Shown: piece by piece, positions 38,883 to 48,023 of the stretch
How positions within the stretch are numbered: the stretch's first letter is position 1
How the letters are laid out: the number at the start of each line of letters is the position of its first letter
DNA from: an uncultured Desulfobacterales bacterium
GTDB taxonomy: Bacteria; Desulfobacterota; Dissulfuribacteria; Dissulfuribacterales; QOAL01
NCBI GenBank assembly: GCA_964573805.1
Contig: CAZNKP010000016.1
Coordinates: 80,406 to 144,405 of the forward strand
DNA: 64,000 nt
Reading direction: 5' to 3'
Position numbers and translations under genes: made by a program
The notes under the pieces: model-generated
Seen by the model: the letters and a program-made list of their open reading frames with translations, nothing else
Database searches by the model: none
What the model was told of the DNA's origin: nothing

Positions 38883-39676
38883 TAATTTACTCTGAAAAAA
38901 ATTACTTGATATGTAGCACGTATTGAGCCATAAAGGTCTTTATAAATCTTGTCTGCCCTTTTAATGGCACCTTTTGTGCGAAATACAGGTTTGACACCTA
39001 TTGAGGCGGCGGTCCCTGTTTTTTTCAGGGCCAATAATAACTCCATAAGCCCTGAATAATGTCTTTCAATAATAACACTTTCTATAAGTATGTCCGTTGT
39101 TATGCTCTTTAGCATGGCTTCTATTGTTGCCTTGCTAGGAAAGTTGGATGTTGGCAAGGAGAAGGCTCTCCCATTGGAAACTATTCTGATAACCTGTTCC
39201 AGCTCTGGTAACGTCCTTTTTCCAAAAAGTGCACATACAAGATGACCACTGGGGGCCAAATAAAATTTACAAATGGATTCAAAGGCATCATAAAGATCCT
39301 GAAACCAGTGCATGCAACTGGCAGAGACTATCAGATCGAACTTCACGCCCGGCCTGAAACAAATGTGCTCGCCATCACAGCAAAGGAGGTAAAGACTGTC
39401 GGGAAGCTGCTTGAGATTTTTTTTTGCTCTAACCAACATTCCAAAGGAGAAATCGATTCCAAACAGATTGTCGATTTCTCTGTTCGAAAGCAGCTCCTTG
39501 CTAAAACCACCTGTGCCGCAGCCGATTTCCATCGCTCGTTTAAAATGTCTCTCGGGGACAAAGGACAATAGACGCTCATTCACCTCGTTTTGTACACGGC
39601 TAAAAGAATCATAGGTTGCACTTGCCTTGGAAAATGATCGTTTAATAGAGCCCTTAAAAGTTGTTGATTTCATCAT
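38879..39676 (-). CDS. bioC: Malonyl-ACP O-methyltransferase BioC
   Basis: FSKASATYDSFSRVQNEV, SAM motif MEIGCGTGGFS. It is the last gene of the bioF/bioH-like/bioC run. ATG at 39676 is preferred over TTG at 39715. Confidence 0.7.
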   Translation of the reverse strand: MMKSTTFKGSIKRSFSKASATYDSFSRVQNEVNERLLSFVPERHFKRAMEIGCGTGGFSKELLSNREIDNLFGIDFSFGMLVRAKKNLKQLPDSLYLLCCDGEHICFRPGVKFDLIVSASCMHWFQDLYDAFESICKFYLAPSGHLVCALFGKRTLPELEQVIRIVSNGRAFSLPTSNFPSKATIEAMLKSITTDILIESVIIERHYSGLMELLLALKKTGTAASIGVKPVFRTKGAIKRADKIYKDLYGSIRATYQVIFFRVNY

Positions 39677-40325
39677 AAAAGCCCGGTTCCAAAAAGGGTG
39701 TGTGTCCACAATCAAATATCACCTCTTTTTGCCCATCTCCCTTTTTTGACAGCCTTGGCAAGCTATTTATTGGGCAAATAGGGTCTCTGGAGCCGTGAAT
39801 CAGCAAACAATTCTCTATTTCTATGTCTTCTGGCAAGGGGGAAGTAAGCATCTCCAATCCTTCTATAAGGCTTTTTGAGCTCCAGAAAGACAGGCATAAT
39901 TTTTCCAGATGTCTTTTAAAGCGCCTGTATGCCTTGGGATTATCCTGAAAAACAGACAGATAAAAACCCTTAAGGGCCTTGTTCATGTCCCTTTCAACTT
40001 GGCCGAGTTTTTCCATGACAGTTGTTTTTTCAAAAGGGGGCGGTAACGATACAAGCACTGTTTTCTCGAACAATTCAGGTGCCGCTGAGACCGTATCAAG
40101 AGCAACTCTTGCCCCAAGGGACCAACCCAATATATTTAATTTTATATGCTTGGTCTTCTTCAACATCTGAGTAACTACAGACAAGGGACGAAGGATAGGG
40201 GTGTTTGGTATAATAATATCAAAATCTAACTGCTCATGGTCAATTACCATGGGATGAAAACCCCACCCAGGCAGTATCAACAATGCCCTGTTTTTGTCTT
40301 TATCAATATAGGTAAAAGATGACAT
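39654..40325 (-). CDS. Alpha/beta hydrolase, BioH-like pimeloyl-ACP methyl ester esterase candidate
   Basis: LILPGWGF, nucleophile elbow GWSLGA, late H in FDCGHTPF. Sits between bioF and bioC. Confidence 0.6.
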   Translation of the reverse strand: MSSFTYIDKDKNRALLILPGWGFHPMVIDHEQLDFDIIIPNTPILRPLSVVTQMLKKTKHIKLNILGWSLGARVALDTVSAAPELFEKTVLVSLPPPFEKTTVMEKLGQVERDMNKALKGFYLSVFQDNPKAYRRFKRHLEKLCLSFWSSKSLIEGLEMLTSPLPEDIEIENCLLIHGSRDPICPINSLPRLSKKGDGQKEVIFDCGHTPFLEPGFYDEINNF

Positions 40326-40329
40326 TGGT

Positions 40330-41487
40330 CTATTTAAAAAATCTTAAAAGGGCCTCTTTCAGTTTGGAAAGGATATCCTTCCCATGAAATGCCGAAAGGG
40401 AGAAGCGGATTCTGGCACTGCCTTCTGGCACAGTAGGAGGCCTTATAGCCTTTGCCAGTATCCCATGACTGAAAAGATGGCGTTCGAGTTCCATGGTCCT
40501 TTGCACATCTCCGATTAAGAGTGGTACTATTTGAGAATTGCCTCTGGTTTCAAGTCCCAACTCGTCTCTGATAAAATAGCGTAGATCCGAAGCAGCAGAC
40601 AGAAGCTTTGTTCTTTCCTGTTCAAGTTGTGGAAGCAACCTTAATGCCTCTAGATCTGATGCCAAGACAGATGGCGGAAGGCCTGTGGAGTAAATCAATC
40701 CCCTGGCCTTATTTATGAAGTAATCTTTAAGTTCTTCGCTACAGCAGCAAAAGGCGCCATAGCCTCCAAGGGCTTTGCCAAAAGTGCCAATTACTATATC
40801 TGGCTTTGGAATACTTGCTCTTGCAATCAACCCTTCACCCTGTTCTCCAAACACGCCGATAGCATGGGCTTCATCCACAATTAGCAGTGCATCAAAATCT
40901 GTTACGATATTCAAAAGCTTCTCAATAGGGCATAGATCACCATCCATGGAATATACGCTCTCAACAGCAACCATGATTTTCTTGTATTTTTTCTGTGATT
41001 TCTCAAGAATTTTTAGTAAGTGATCCATATCATTATGTTGAAATCTTTTAATTCTTGAGCGAGAAAGAAGCGCTCCATCTACAATGCTTGCATGACAGAG
41101 CCTGTCAAGGATAGCGCAGTCTCCAGGGCCTAGTATAGAGCTTATTATGGCAAGGTTGCAAAGATAGCCGCTTCCAAATACAAGGCTTGCCTCTGTAGAT
41201 TTTAAATCTGATAGGAGTCTTTCTAGATCGAGATATAACTCTACGTTTCCACTCATCAACCTTGATGCCCTAGCACCAAGGCCATATTTCTTTATAGCAT
41301 TTCTAGCAGCCTTTTTTAAGGAAGGATGATGGCTTAGGCCAAGGTAGTCATTTGATGAAAAATCTATAAATACCTTGTCATCGATGCATACTTTCCCATC
41401 TCCAATGGGCCTAATACTGCTATTAAGGCTTCTCAAAAGCCTTCTGTCTTTCAAGCTCCTTAGCTGGGCTAATGGCCAGTTATCCAT
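40330..41487 (-). CDS. bioF: 8-amino-7-oxononanoate synthase BioF
   Basis: FSSNDYLGL, HASIVDG, VDEAHAIGVFG, and the PLP-Lys region GTFGKALG. Confidence 0.85.
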   Translation of the reverse strand: MDNWPLAQLRSLKDRRLLRSLNSSIRPIGDGKVCIDDKVFIDFSSNDYLGLSHHPSLKKAARNAIKKYGLGARASRLMSGNVELYLDLERLLSDLKSTEASLVFGSGYLCNLAIISSILGPGDCAILDRLCHASIVDGALLSRSRIKRFQHNDMDHLLKILEKSQKKYKKIMVAVESVYSMDGDLCPIEKLLNIVTDFDALLIVDEAHAIGVFGEQGEGLIARASIPKPDIVIGTFGKALGGYGAFCCCSEELKDYFINKARGLIYSTGLPPSVLASDLEALRLLPQLEQERTKLLSAASDLRYFIRDELGLETRGNSQIVPLLIGDVQRTMELERHLFSHGILAKAIRPPTVPEGSARIRFSLSAFHGKDILSKLKEALLRFFK

Positions 41488-41491
41488 CTAT

Positions 41492-43075
41492 TCAGTTAGA
41501 TAAAAGGACATCAAGGCGTTCTAACAACCTTTCCGGAGTATCTGCGGTATCAAGCTCAACTATCTGATCTGCCTCTGACAGTTGAGGAGGAGTAAAGATC
41601 ATTTGCTGTTTCTCAAATATTTCCTTTCTGCCATCAGAAGGAGTATCTGCATCTTCAATACGCCTTGACATACGTTCTAAGGCAACATCCTCTGGACAGG
41701 TGCAGTGGATAAAAATGGCCTTTGCCCCGCATGCCTTGCTAAGCCCAATAATCTGCTTTCTCTTTTCTTTATCTATATATGTGGCATCAACTATGACATC
41801 TTGACCAATAATCAGCCTTTGCCCCGCAAGCCTAGAAAGGGCCCTGTAGGTCTTTTCTGTATATTCAGGGCTGTATATACCTTGTCCAAACGGTTCCTGC
41901 CTCTTTTCATGTGCAGATATTCCTGTAATAAGTTCCTTTCTTACAATATCTGAATTGAAGTAAGAGACTCTCCTTTTTTCTGCAAAGGCCTTTGCAATGG
42001 TTGACTTACCTGTTCCAGAAAGCCCCATGAACACATAAAGAGTGGGGACAGATTGGATTCCCCCTGCATATCTCAATGCGAGCTGGAAGTAACGTTTGGC
42101 CATTTTTAAAGAATTGTCTCTTGTCTCTTTGTCTACTTCAGGTGATGCCCAGGTAAAGCATCCTATTTTGCCACGAACGTATGCCCTGTAGCATTTATAA
42201 AAATTAAGAAGCAGTGAGAGGTCAGGGTCTTTCATCCTAGCCTTAAACTCTTCGATAAAATAAGTGGAAAGATCACAAAGGCCAAGGAAATCAAGATCCA
42301 TTGCCAAAAATGCAACATCTACCGCAACGTCTCCGTATCTGAATCTTTCATTGAATTCTATGCAATCAAATATGTAAATTTTGTCTTTTTTTCTGTCAAA
42401 GCAAATATTTGCAGAGTACAAGTCTCCATGGCCTTCCACTATCCAGCCATCTCTCTGACGCCTTTCAAACAGGGGACGATTTTGAGAAAGAAAATTTCTC
42501 GTATAGCCCTTTATTTTTTCATACGTCTCCTTTTCAAACACCTTATTGATAAACTCTTCAGTCTGGGTGAAATTTTCCTCACAATTTTCACGTACTATAT
42601 CGATACTGCCAAGATAGAGTTTGTCTTCCTTGGCCTTTGAACTTTTATAAAAGGGGGCCAATATTTGACTTATACCATCCACGTCTCTCTTAGTAATTTC
42701 GTCTCTATTGATTAAGACAGACATGAGTCCATTATCTGGCATTTTTTTCATTTTTACTGCCCATTCAACAGGTTCACCTTTTCCTTCCACCCGGAAGGTC
42801 TGCCCTTCTCTGGTTATGGGAACTACTGCAAGATAAATATCTGGGCAAAGTCTTCTGTTCAAACGGATCTCTTCATGGCAGAAAAATTTTCTCTTTTCAA
42901 GGGTGGTAAAATCCAAGAAACCAAAATCTACAGGTTTTTTAATCTTGAAAACCAGATCCCCTGCAAGGAACACCCAGGATAGATGGGTCTGTAAAACCTT
43001 TATGTTGTCTGGTCTATTGGGATAACTTTCCGGATTGAGTAAGTCTTGCAGCCAAGGCGGATTGGTGTTTTCCAT
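41492..43075 (-). CDS. Two-domain protein: aminoglycoside-phosphotransferase-like kinase fold plus P-loop (AAA_33-like) kinase domain
   Basis: HGDLYSANI and IFDCIEF (APH catalytic and DFG-like motifs), then Walker A GLSGTGKST. The stop lies 4 nt before the bioF start. Confidence 0.7.
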   Translation of the reverse strand: MENTNPPWLQDLLNPESYPNRPDNIKVLQTHLSWVFLAGDLVFKIKKPVDFGFLDFTTLEKRKFFCHEEIRLNRRLCPDIYLAVVPITREGQTFRVEGKGEPVEWAVKMKKMPDNGLMSVLINRDEITKRDVDGISQILAPFYKSSKAKEDKLYLGSIDIVRENCEENFTQTEEFINKVFEKETYEKIKGYTRNFLSQNRPLFERRQRDGWIVEGHGDLYSANICFDRKKDKIYIFDCIEFNERFRYGDVAVDVAFLAMDLDFLGLCDLSTYFIEEFKARMKDPDLSLLLNFYKCYRAYVRGKIGCFTWASPEVDKETRDNSLKMAKRYFQLALRYAGGIQSVPTLYVFMGLSGTGKSTIAKAFAEKRRVSYFNSDIVRKELITGISAHEKRQEPFGQGIYSPEYTEKTYRALSRLAGQRLIIGQDVIVDATYIDKEKRKQIIGLSKACGAKAIFIHCTCPEDVALERMSRRIEDADTPSDGRKEIFEKQQMIFTPPQLSEADQIVELDTADTPERLLERLDVLLSN

Positions 43076-43288
43076 GCGGAACAGGTCTCCTTTTGTTTTA
43101 GAATATTATTCTATCTGTAAAGGCAAAGCAAAGCCACGGCAAAACGTTCTTTGATATTAGGATTAGTTTTTTAAAATTGGGATAACTTTATTTTATCTCA
43201 TTCTTTTATTAGATTAAAAGGTAATTTAATCTGCTTTTATTTTTACTGCAAAATTCACAGACTTATTTGTTTACAGGAGAGTATAAAA

Positions 43289-43849
43289 ATGGGAGAGATA
43301 AAAAGTGCCCTTGAAATAGCTCTTGAAAAGGCTGAAAGATTGGGAAGCCTTTCAAAGAAAGAACTGCAAATACAAAAGTGGGAAGAAGAAGGGAAAAAGA
43401 AGGCAGCGGCCTTTTTGAGAGGGGAAATTGACTCTCTCCAACAGGGGCTTTCTGATATTCCTCCTGAGTTTTTACAGGCTGCTTTGCGAGGCGTAAACGA
43501 TATTCTTTTGAGAAATGTTATGTTGCCAAGGGACAAAAGCCAGTGGGATACTATCAACATGGCGTTTAAGGGCCTAAAGGAGATAAAAGGCTCTATTGCA
43601 GAGCAGATAGTTCCACAGATGGAGTACCTTTTAAAGAATTATGAACAAACTTTAGAAAACTACAAACAACAATTCCAGCAACAGGTGCAGGCATCTCTTG
43701 GGACAAAGGCACAGGGCGGAATGGTGGCAATGAGTCCAGAGGATATGAAGGCCTTGGCTTCAATGCAGGAAGAATGGAATAAAATCTCTGGAGAGATAAC
43801 AAGCCAGTTTGAAAAACAGCTCGAGCCCTTAAAGGCCTATTTAAAATAG
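43289..43849 (+). CDS. Hypothetical helical protein
   Basis: 186 aa, K/E/Q-rich, with GGAGAG upstream of the ATG. Lies 7 nt upstream of larB. No family recognised. Confidence 0.5.
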   Translation: MGEIKSALEIALEKAERLGSLSKKELQIQKWEEEGKKKAAAFLRGEIDSLQQGLSDIPPEFLQAALRGVNDILLRNVMLPRDKSQWDTINMAFKGLKEIKGSIAEQIVPQMEYLLKNYEQTLENYKQQFQQQVQASLGTKAQGGMVAMSPEDMKALASMQEEWNKISGEITSQFEKQLEPLKAYLK

Positions 43850-43856
43850 GCTACTT

Positions 43857-44633
43857 ATGGATGAAGAAAAATTAAAAGATCTTTTAAAACAAGTGCAAGC
43901 CGGCGAGGTTTCTATCGATTATGCATTGAAATTGCTAAGGCAACTGCCTTATGAACAAATTGGCCAAGTATTATTCGATCATCACAGGTTCCTTAGAAAG
44001 GGAGTGCCTGAAATAATTTATGGGCCAGGTAAGACTAAGGAACAACTCCTCCACTTGGCCAAAAAACTTGTTGACAAAAGGGCGGCCCTTCTTGTCACAA
44101 GACTACCACGTGAAATTGGAAGATTTTTAGAAGCCCGGCTCCAAGGCCCCAAATACGATGAATTATCCAAGTGTTTATCGTATTGCCCCAATGAAGTTGA
44201 TAATAAAAAAAGAGATCTGAAAAATGGCGTCCTTGTTGTCACTGCTGGAACAGCTGATTTACCAGTAGCCCATGAGGCATGCCAGTGCCTGAGAGTTATC
44301 GGAATATATTACGAACTTATTGTAGACGTGGGGGTAGCAGGTGTACACAGATTGTTAGACTGTTTAGATAGCATCTTTAAGGCAAGAGTTATAATTGCTG
44401 TGGCGGGAATGGAAGGGGCCCTGCCAAGTGTCATAGCTGGAATAGCTAAGGCCCCTGTAATTGCAGTGCCTACTAGCACCGGTTACGGTTCTAATCTTGG
44501 AGGGCTTGTCCCCCTATTCGCAATGCTAAATTCATGTGCGTCAGGAGTCGGGGTGGTTAATATAGACAACGGGGTTGGAGCAGCCCTCCTTGCCACTTCT
44601 ATAATCAAATCTTCAAGCAAGACAACCTGTTAG
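43857..44633 (+). CDS. larB: LarB (pyridinium-3,5-biscarboxylic acid mononucleotide synthase, PurE-like fold)
   Basis: VLVVTAGTADLPVAHEA...VAGMEGALPSVIAG...PVIAVPTSTGYG. Confidence 0.75.
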   Translation: MDEEKLKDLLKQVQAGEVSIDYALKLLRQLPYEQIGQVLFDHHRFLRKGVPEIIYGPGKTKEQLLHLAKKLVDKRAALLVTRLPREIGRFLEARLQGPKYDELSKCLSYCPNEVDNKKRDLKNGVLVVTAGTADLPVAHEACQCLRVIGIYYELIVDVGVAGVHRLLDCLDSIFKARVIIAVAGMEGALPSVIAGIAKAPVIAVPTSTGYGSNLGGLVPLFAMLNSCASGVGVVNIDNGVGAALLATSIIKSSSKTTC

Positions 44634-44646
44634 GATTGAATAGTAG

Positions 44647-44766
44647 TTATTTCGATCCTTCTGGTGGAGGCAAAAGCCCTTTGGCCCTAAGCTTCATTCT
44701 CTTTTTCCTGCGTCTTCTCCTTCTTTCGATCTCTCTTTCCCTTTCTCTTTTTTTGTGTTTGGCCAT
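44647..44766 (-). CDS. Unannotated 39-aa highly basic small ORF
   Basis: My translation is MAKHKKREREREIERRRRRRKKRMKLRAKGLLPPPEGSK, stop TAA. AAGGAG lies about 8 nt upstream of the ATG. Below the ORF-track size cutoff. Confidence 0.4.
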   Translation of the reverse strand: MAKHKKREREREIERRRRRRKKRMKLRAKGLLPPPEGSK

Positions 44767-44982
44767 ACTTCTCTCTCCTTTAGAAGATTAAATCTTTTAT
44801 ACAAGACATTTATTTAATATCATGGCGTGCGTCTGTAAACATTCCTGTTCTGTTTTGTCGTTGGTTAGGAAAAATCCAGATTTGTCTTATGAAGACAGAA
44901 AATAAATTTTAGGCTGTTAATAATTCTTATATTATATTTCTGCTTTTTCTCTACAGAAAAGAGTATTTGTCTTCTTTTTCAT

Positions 44983-45011
44983 TGAAATGATAAATTCACT
45001 GCCATATTATA
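44983..45011 (+). promoter_or_regulatory. Sigma70-like promoter for the CBS/COG1900/larE-like operon
   Basis: TTGAAA, 17 nt, TATTAT, about 55 nt upstream of the GTG at 45067. Confidence 0.45.
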
Positions 45012-45066
45012 GGTGGAGCAACTTTGGGACCCTTGGCCTAGAAACAAAGTACATAGGTGATTAGAT

Positions 45067-45669
45067 GTGAAAGTCAAAAACTGGATGAATAAAAATGTTG
45101 TAACTATTTCTCCAGATGCTGGTCTGAGAGATGCTATCGAGATAATGCATCATCACTCTATAAGGCATCTTCCTGTAGTTGAAAACGGTACCATGTTAGG
45201 CTTTGTTACCGAGAGCAATCTGCGTCAGTATCTACTCACCGATATGCTTAACGATCTTACCACTTCGGATGTTATGATAATAAATCCTATTACAGTGGAT
45301 TCCAATGCCAGTATAGACTATGCTGCCAAGCTTATTCATGAATATAAGATTGGCGGACTACCAGTCCTTGAAAAGAGAAAGCTTGTAGGCATTATTACTA
45401 TAACGGATATTTTGGGTGCCTTTATCGAGCTTCTAGGACTTCTTGAAGAAAGTACCAGGCTGGATGTTCTGTTAAATGAGAAGCATGGCAGCATAGATGA
45501 CGTATTAAAGCTCATTAGAGACATGGGTAGCAAGATAATAAGTGTGGGAGTTGATACCCAATCTTCTAGGAGAAAGGTCTATTATATCAGGCTTGAAAAA
45601 TCAGAAATTGATCCCATTATCGAGAAAATAGAACAACAAGGGCACAAGGTCCTGTCCATGCTCGACTAG
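45067..45669 (+). CDS. CBS-pair domain protein with an ACT-like C-terminal domain (AcuB-like)
   Basis: Two CBS repeats (MNKNVVTISPDAGLRDAIEIMHHHSIRHLPVV and DVMIINPITV...IGGLPVLEKRKLVGIITITDIL). AGGTGA lies 6 nt before the GTG. Confidence 0.75.
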   Translation: MKVKNWMNKNVVTISPDAGLRDAIEIMHHHSIRHLPVVENGTMLGFVTESNLRQYLLTDMLNDLTTSDVMIINPITVDSNASIDYAAKLIHEYKIGGLPVLEKRKLVGIITITDILGAFIELLGLLEESTRLDVLLNEKHGSIDDVLKLIRDMGSKIISVGVDTQSSRRKVYYIRLEKSEIDPIIEKIEQQGHKVLSMLD

Positions 45670-45679
45670 GCTTAGAGAT

Positions 45680-46846
45680 ATGTCAAACTTTCAGGTAACC
45701 AAGACCTTTGAAGAGATAAACGAAAAAATACGCCAAGGCAAGGCAGTTGTTGTTACTGCAGAGGAGATGGTTGACATAGTAAGAAAGAAGGGAGCAGTCA
45801 AGGCTGCCAAAGAGGTAGACGTAGTTACCACTGGTACTTTTTCTCCAATGTGCTCCTCTGGCGCCTTTATAAACATAGGGCACACAAAGCCGGGAATAAA
45901 GGCGGCCAGAGTATGGTTAAACGGTGTACCCACCTATGCAGGACTTGCTGCCGTTGATGCATTTATAGGAGCTACCGAGCCAAGGGAAGATGATCCTTTA
46001 AACAAGATATATCCTGGTGAATTTCTTTATGGTGGCGGACATGTGATCCATGATCTTGTGGCAGGCAAAGCAATTCACTTAAAGGCAGAGGCCTATGGAA
46101 CTCATTGCTATCCCAAAAGACATGTTGAAAAAAAGGTTTACCTGAAAGATTTTTCATTTGCTCAACTGTGCAACCCAAGAAATGCCTATCAAAATTACAA
46201 CTGCGCCATAAATTTAACTAACAAGACTGTATTCACATATATGGGGACATTGAAGCCCCGTATGGGCAACGCCAACTACTGCACCTCTGGTCAATTAAGC
46301 CCCCTTTTTAATGATCCATATTATAAGACTATAGGAATAGGTACCCGTATATTTCTTGGAGGGGGCATTGGATATGTTATTGGTCCAGGCACTCAACACA
46401 ATCCCAATGTGGAGCGAACCCCAAAGGGAATACCTAAGACCCCAGCAGGCACACTGATGGTTTCTGGGGATTTGAAACAGATGTCTCCAAAGTGGTTGGT
46501 AGGAGTTAGTATATTAGGTTATGGTTGCTCTATCGCTGTAGGATTGGGAGTACCCATTCCTATTCTCAACGAAGAGATGGCAGAATATACTGGAATCGGT
46601 GATGACGAAATTGTTACTCAAGTAGTGGATTATGGGGCAGCCTATCCAAAAGGAGAGGGACAATCCATTAAAGAAGTCACTTACGCTGAGCTTAAAACTG
46701 GACAAATTGAGATAGAAGGGAAAAAAGTAAAGACCGCCCCTCTTTCCAGCTATGTAAGGGCAAGAGAGATTGCCCAAATCCTGAAAGGATGGATAGAAAA
46801 GGGGCGATTTTTACTGGGACATCCCCAAGACAGGCTCCCATTATAA
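45680..46846 (+). CDS. Homocysteine biosynthesis protein (COG1900/DUF39, MA1821-type)
   Basis: FEEINEKIRQGKAVVVTAEEMV...VDVVTTGTFSPMCSSGAFINIGH...YAGLAAVDAFIGATE closely matches DUF39. Confidence 0.8.
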   Translation: MSNFQVTKTFEEINEKIRQGKAVVVTAEEMVDIVRKKGAVKAAKEVDVVTTGTFSPMCSSGAFINIGHTKPGIKAARVWLNGVPTYAGLAAVDAFIGATEPREDDPLNKIYPGEFLYGGGHVIHDLVAGKAIHLKAEAYGTHCYPKRHVEKKVYLKDFSFAQLCNPRNAYQNYNCAINLTNKTVFTYMGTLKPRMGNANYCTSGQLSPLFNDPYYKTIGIGTRIFLGGGIGYVIGPGTQHNPNVERTPKGIPKTPAGTLMVSGDLKQMSPKWLVGVSILGYGCSIAVGLGVPIPILNEEMAEYTGIGDDEIVTQVVDYGAAYPKGEGQSIKEVTYAELKTGQIEIEGKKVKTAPLSSYVRAREIAQILKGWIEKGRFLLGHPQDRLPL

Positions 46847-46850
46847 TAGC

Positions 46851-47486
46851 TTGAGACTGCAATCAAAACTGTTGAGATTGAAGGATTTCTGGCGTAGCCA
46901 GCCATACGGTTGCGCCATTGGTTTTTCAGGAGGGGTTGATAGTGCTTTTCTGATAGCCTCAGGCTTAAAATGGGCAAAGATAAAAATATTACCAATATTT
47001 CTAGACTCTATCTTTGTTTCCCAAACAATGCGGGACCAGGCTAAACATGTAGCAGACTCTATAGGGATTAAGCCGGTTGTATTCAAATGGGATCCGCTTG
47101 CCATTAACGAGATTTGCAGAAACGATAGACTTCGTTGTTATTATTGCAAGAAAAATCTGTACCTAACAATAAATAAAAATATATTATATACAGGTAACTG
47201 TTCTTGTTCGACAATTATTGATGGAACCCAGGCCGATGATCTATTAAAGCAGCGACCTGGATTATTTGCCCTTCAAGAACTAGAGATACAGATACCTTTG
47301 GCTGAAATTGGTTTTACTAAAGCAGATATTCGTCGTTGTCTTAGGATGTGGGGATATGATTTCTGGAATCTACCAGCAGAATCCTGTCTTACCACTAGAA
47401 TTGGATATGGCAAAAGGCTCACTAAAGAAGTACTGATGAGAAATTTTGATCCTAGGTATAAAAAAAACCAATTTAATGTTTTTTAG
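46851..47486 (+). CDS. larE: PP-loop ATP pyrophosphatase of the LarE/TIGR00268 type
   Basis: PP-loop FSGGVDSAF, RCYYCK, DGTQADD, and ESCLTTRI (three Cys in total). TTG start. Short (211 aa) for LarE. Confidence 0.6.
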   Translation: MRLQSKLLRLKDFWRSQPYGCAIGFSGGVDSAFLIASGLKWAKIKILPIFLDSIFVSQTMRDQAKHVADSIGIKPVVFKWDPLAINEICRNDRLRCYYCKKNLYLTINKNILYTGNCSCSTIIDGTQADDLLKQRPGLFALQELEIQIPLAEIGFTKADIRRCLRMWGYDFWNLPAESCLTTRIGYGKRLTKEVLMRNFDPRYKKNQFNVF

Positions 47487-47487
47487 T

Positions 47488-47517
47488 GGATTTTTTGTTA
47501 TTTCTTTCAAAAAATCC
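47488..47517 (+). terminator. AT-rich hairpin after the larE-like gene
   Basis: GGATTTTTTG, 10-nt loop, CAAAAAATCC (perfect 10-bp stem), immediately after the stop. There is no clear trailing T-tract. Confidence 0.35.
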
Positions 47518-47598
47518 TTGCCATTTCCAATCTTTTACATAAGATAATGAAAACAAGCTCATTGTTTGGGCAAATATCAATAAATCGGGAGGGCCTTC

Positions 47599-47871
47599 AT
47601 GAATAAAGGACAATTGGTCGAGCAGATGGCAACTGGTGCAGGGATCTCCAAGGCTGCTGCTGAAAGGGCGCTAAATGCTTTTATGGATGCGGTAATGGAT
47701 GCAGTAGCCGCAGGAGATAAGGTAACTTTGGTGGGTTTTGGAACATTTTATGTAACGGAAAGAAAGGCCAGGACAGGTCGGAATCCTCAAACCGGCAAGA
47801 AAATGAAGATACCCGCAAAGAAGGTGGTAAAATTCCGTCCTGGTTCCCGTTTGTCCGAGGCGGTAAAATAA
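47599..47871 (+). CDS. hup: DNA-binding protein HU
   Basis: MNKGQLVEQMA...VTLVGFGTFYVTERKARTGRNPQTGKKMKIPAKKVVKFRPG. GGGAGGG RBS. Confidence 0.95.
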   Translation: MNKGQLVEQMATGAGISKAAAERALNAFMDAVMDAVAAGDKVTLVGFGTFYVTERKARTGRNPQTGKKMKIPAKKVVKFRPGSRLSEAVK

Positions 47872-47893
47872 AGTTCTCCCTCAAAGACCTTAA

Positions 47894-47920
47894 GAGCCGG
47901 CCAATGCCGGCTTTTTTTTT
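47894..47920 (+). terminator. Rho-independent terminator of the HU gene
   Basis: AGCCGGC-caat-GCCGGCT followed by nine T. Confidence 0.85.
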
Positions 47921-48023
47921 GCCATTTCACTATAATACGAATTTGGCTTGAAACAGTTTACTTTTGGAGTAAATTTCCCCTGCTAGATAAGCAGAAAGAA
48001 AAAAGAGGTGAATAGGGAAGACC

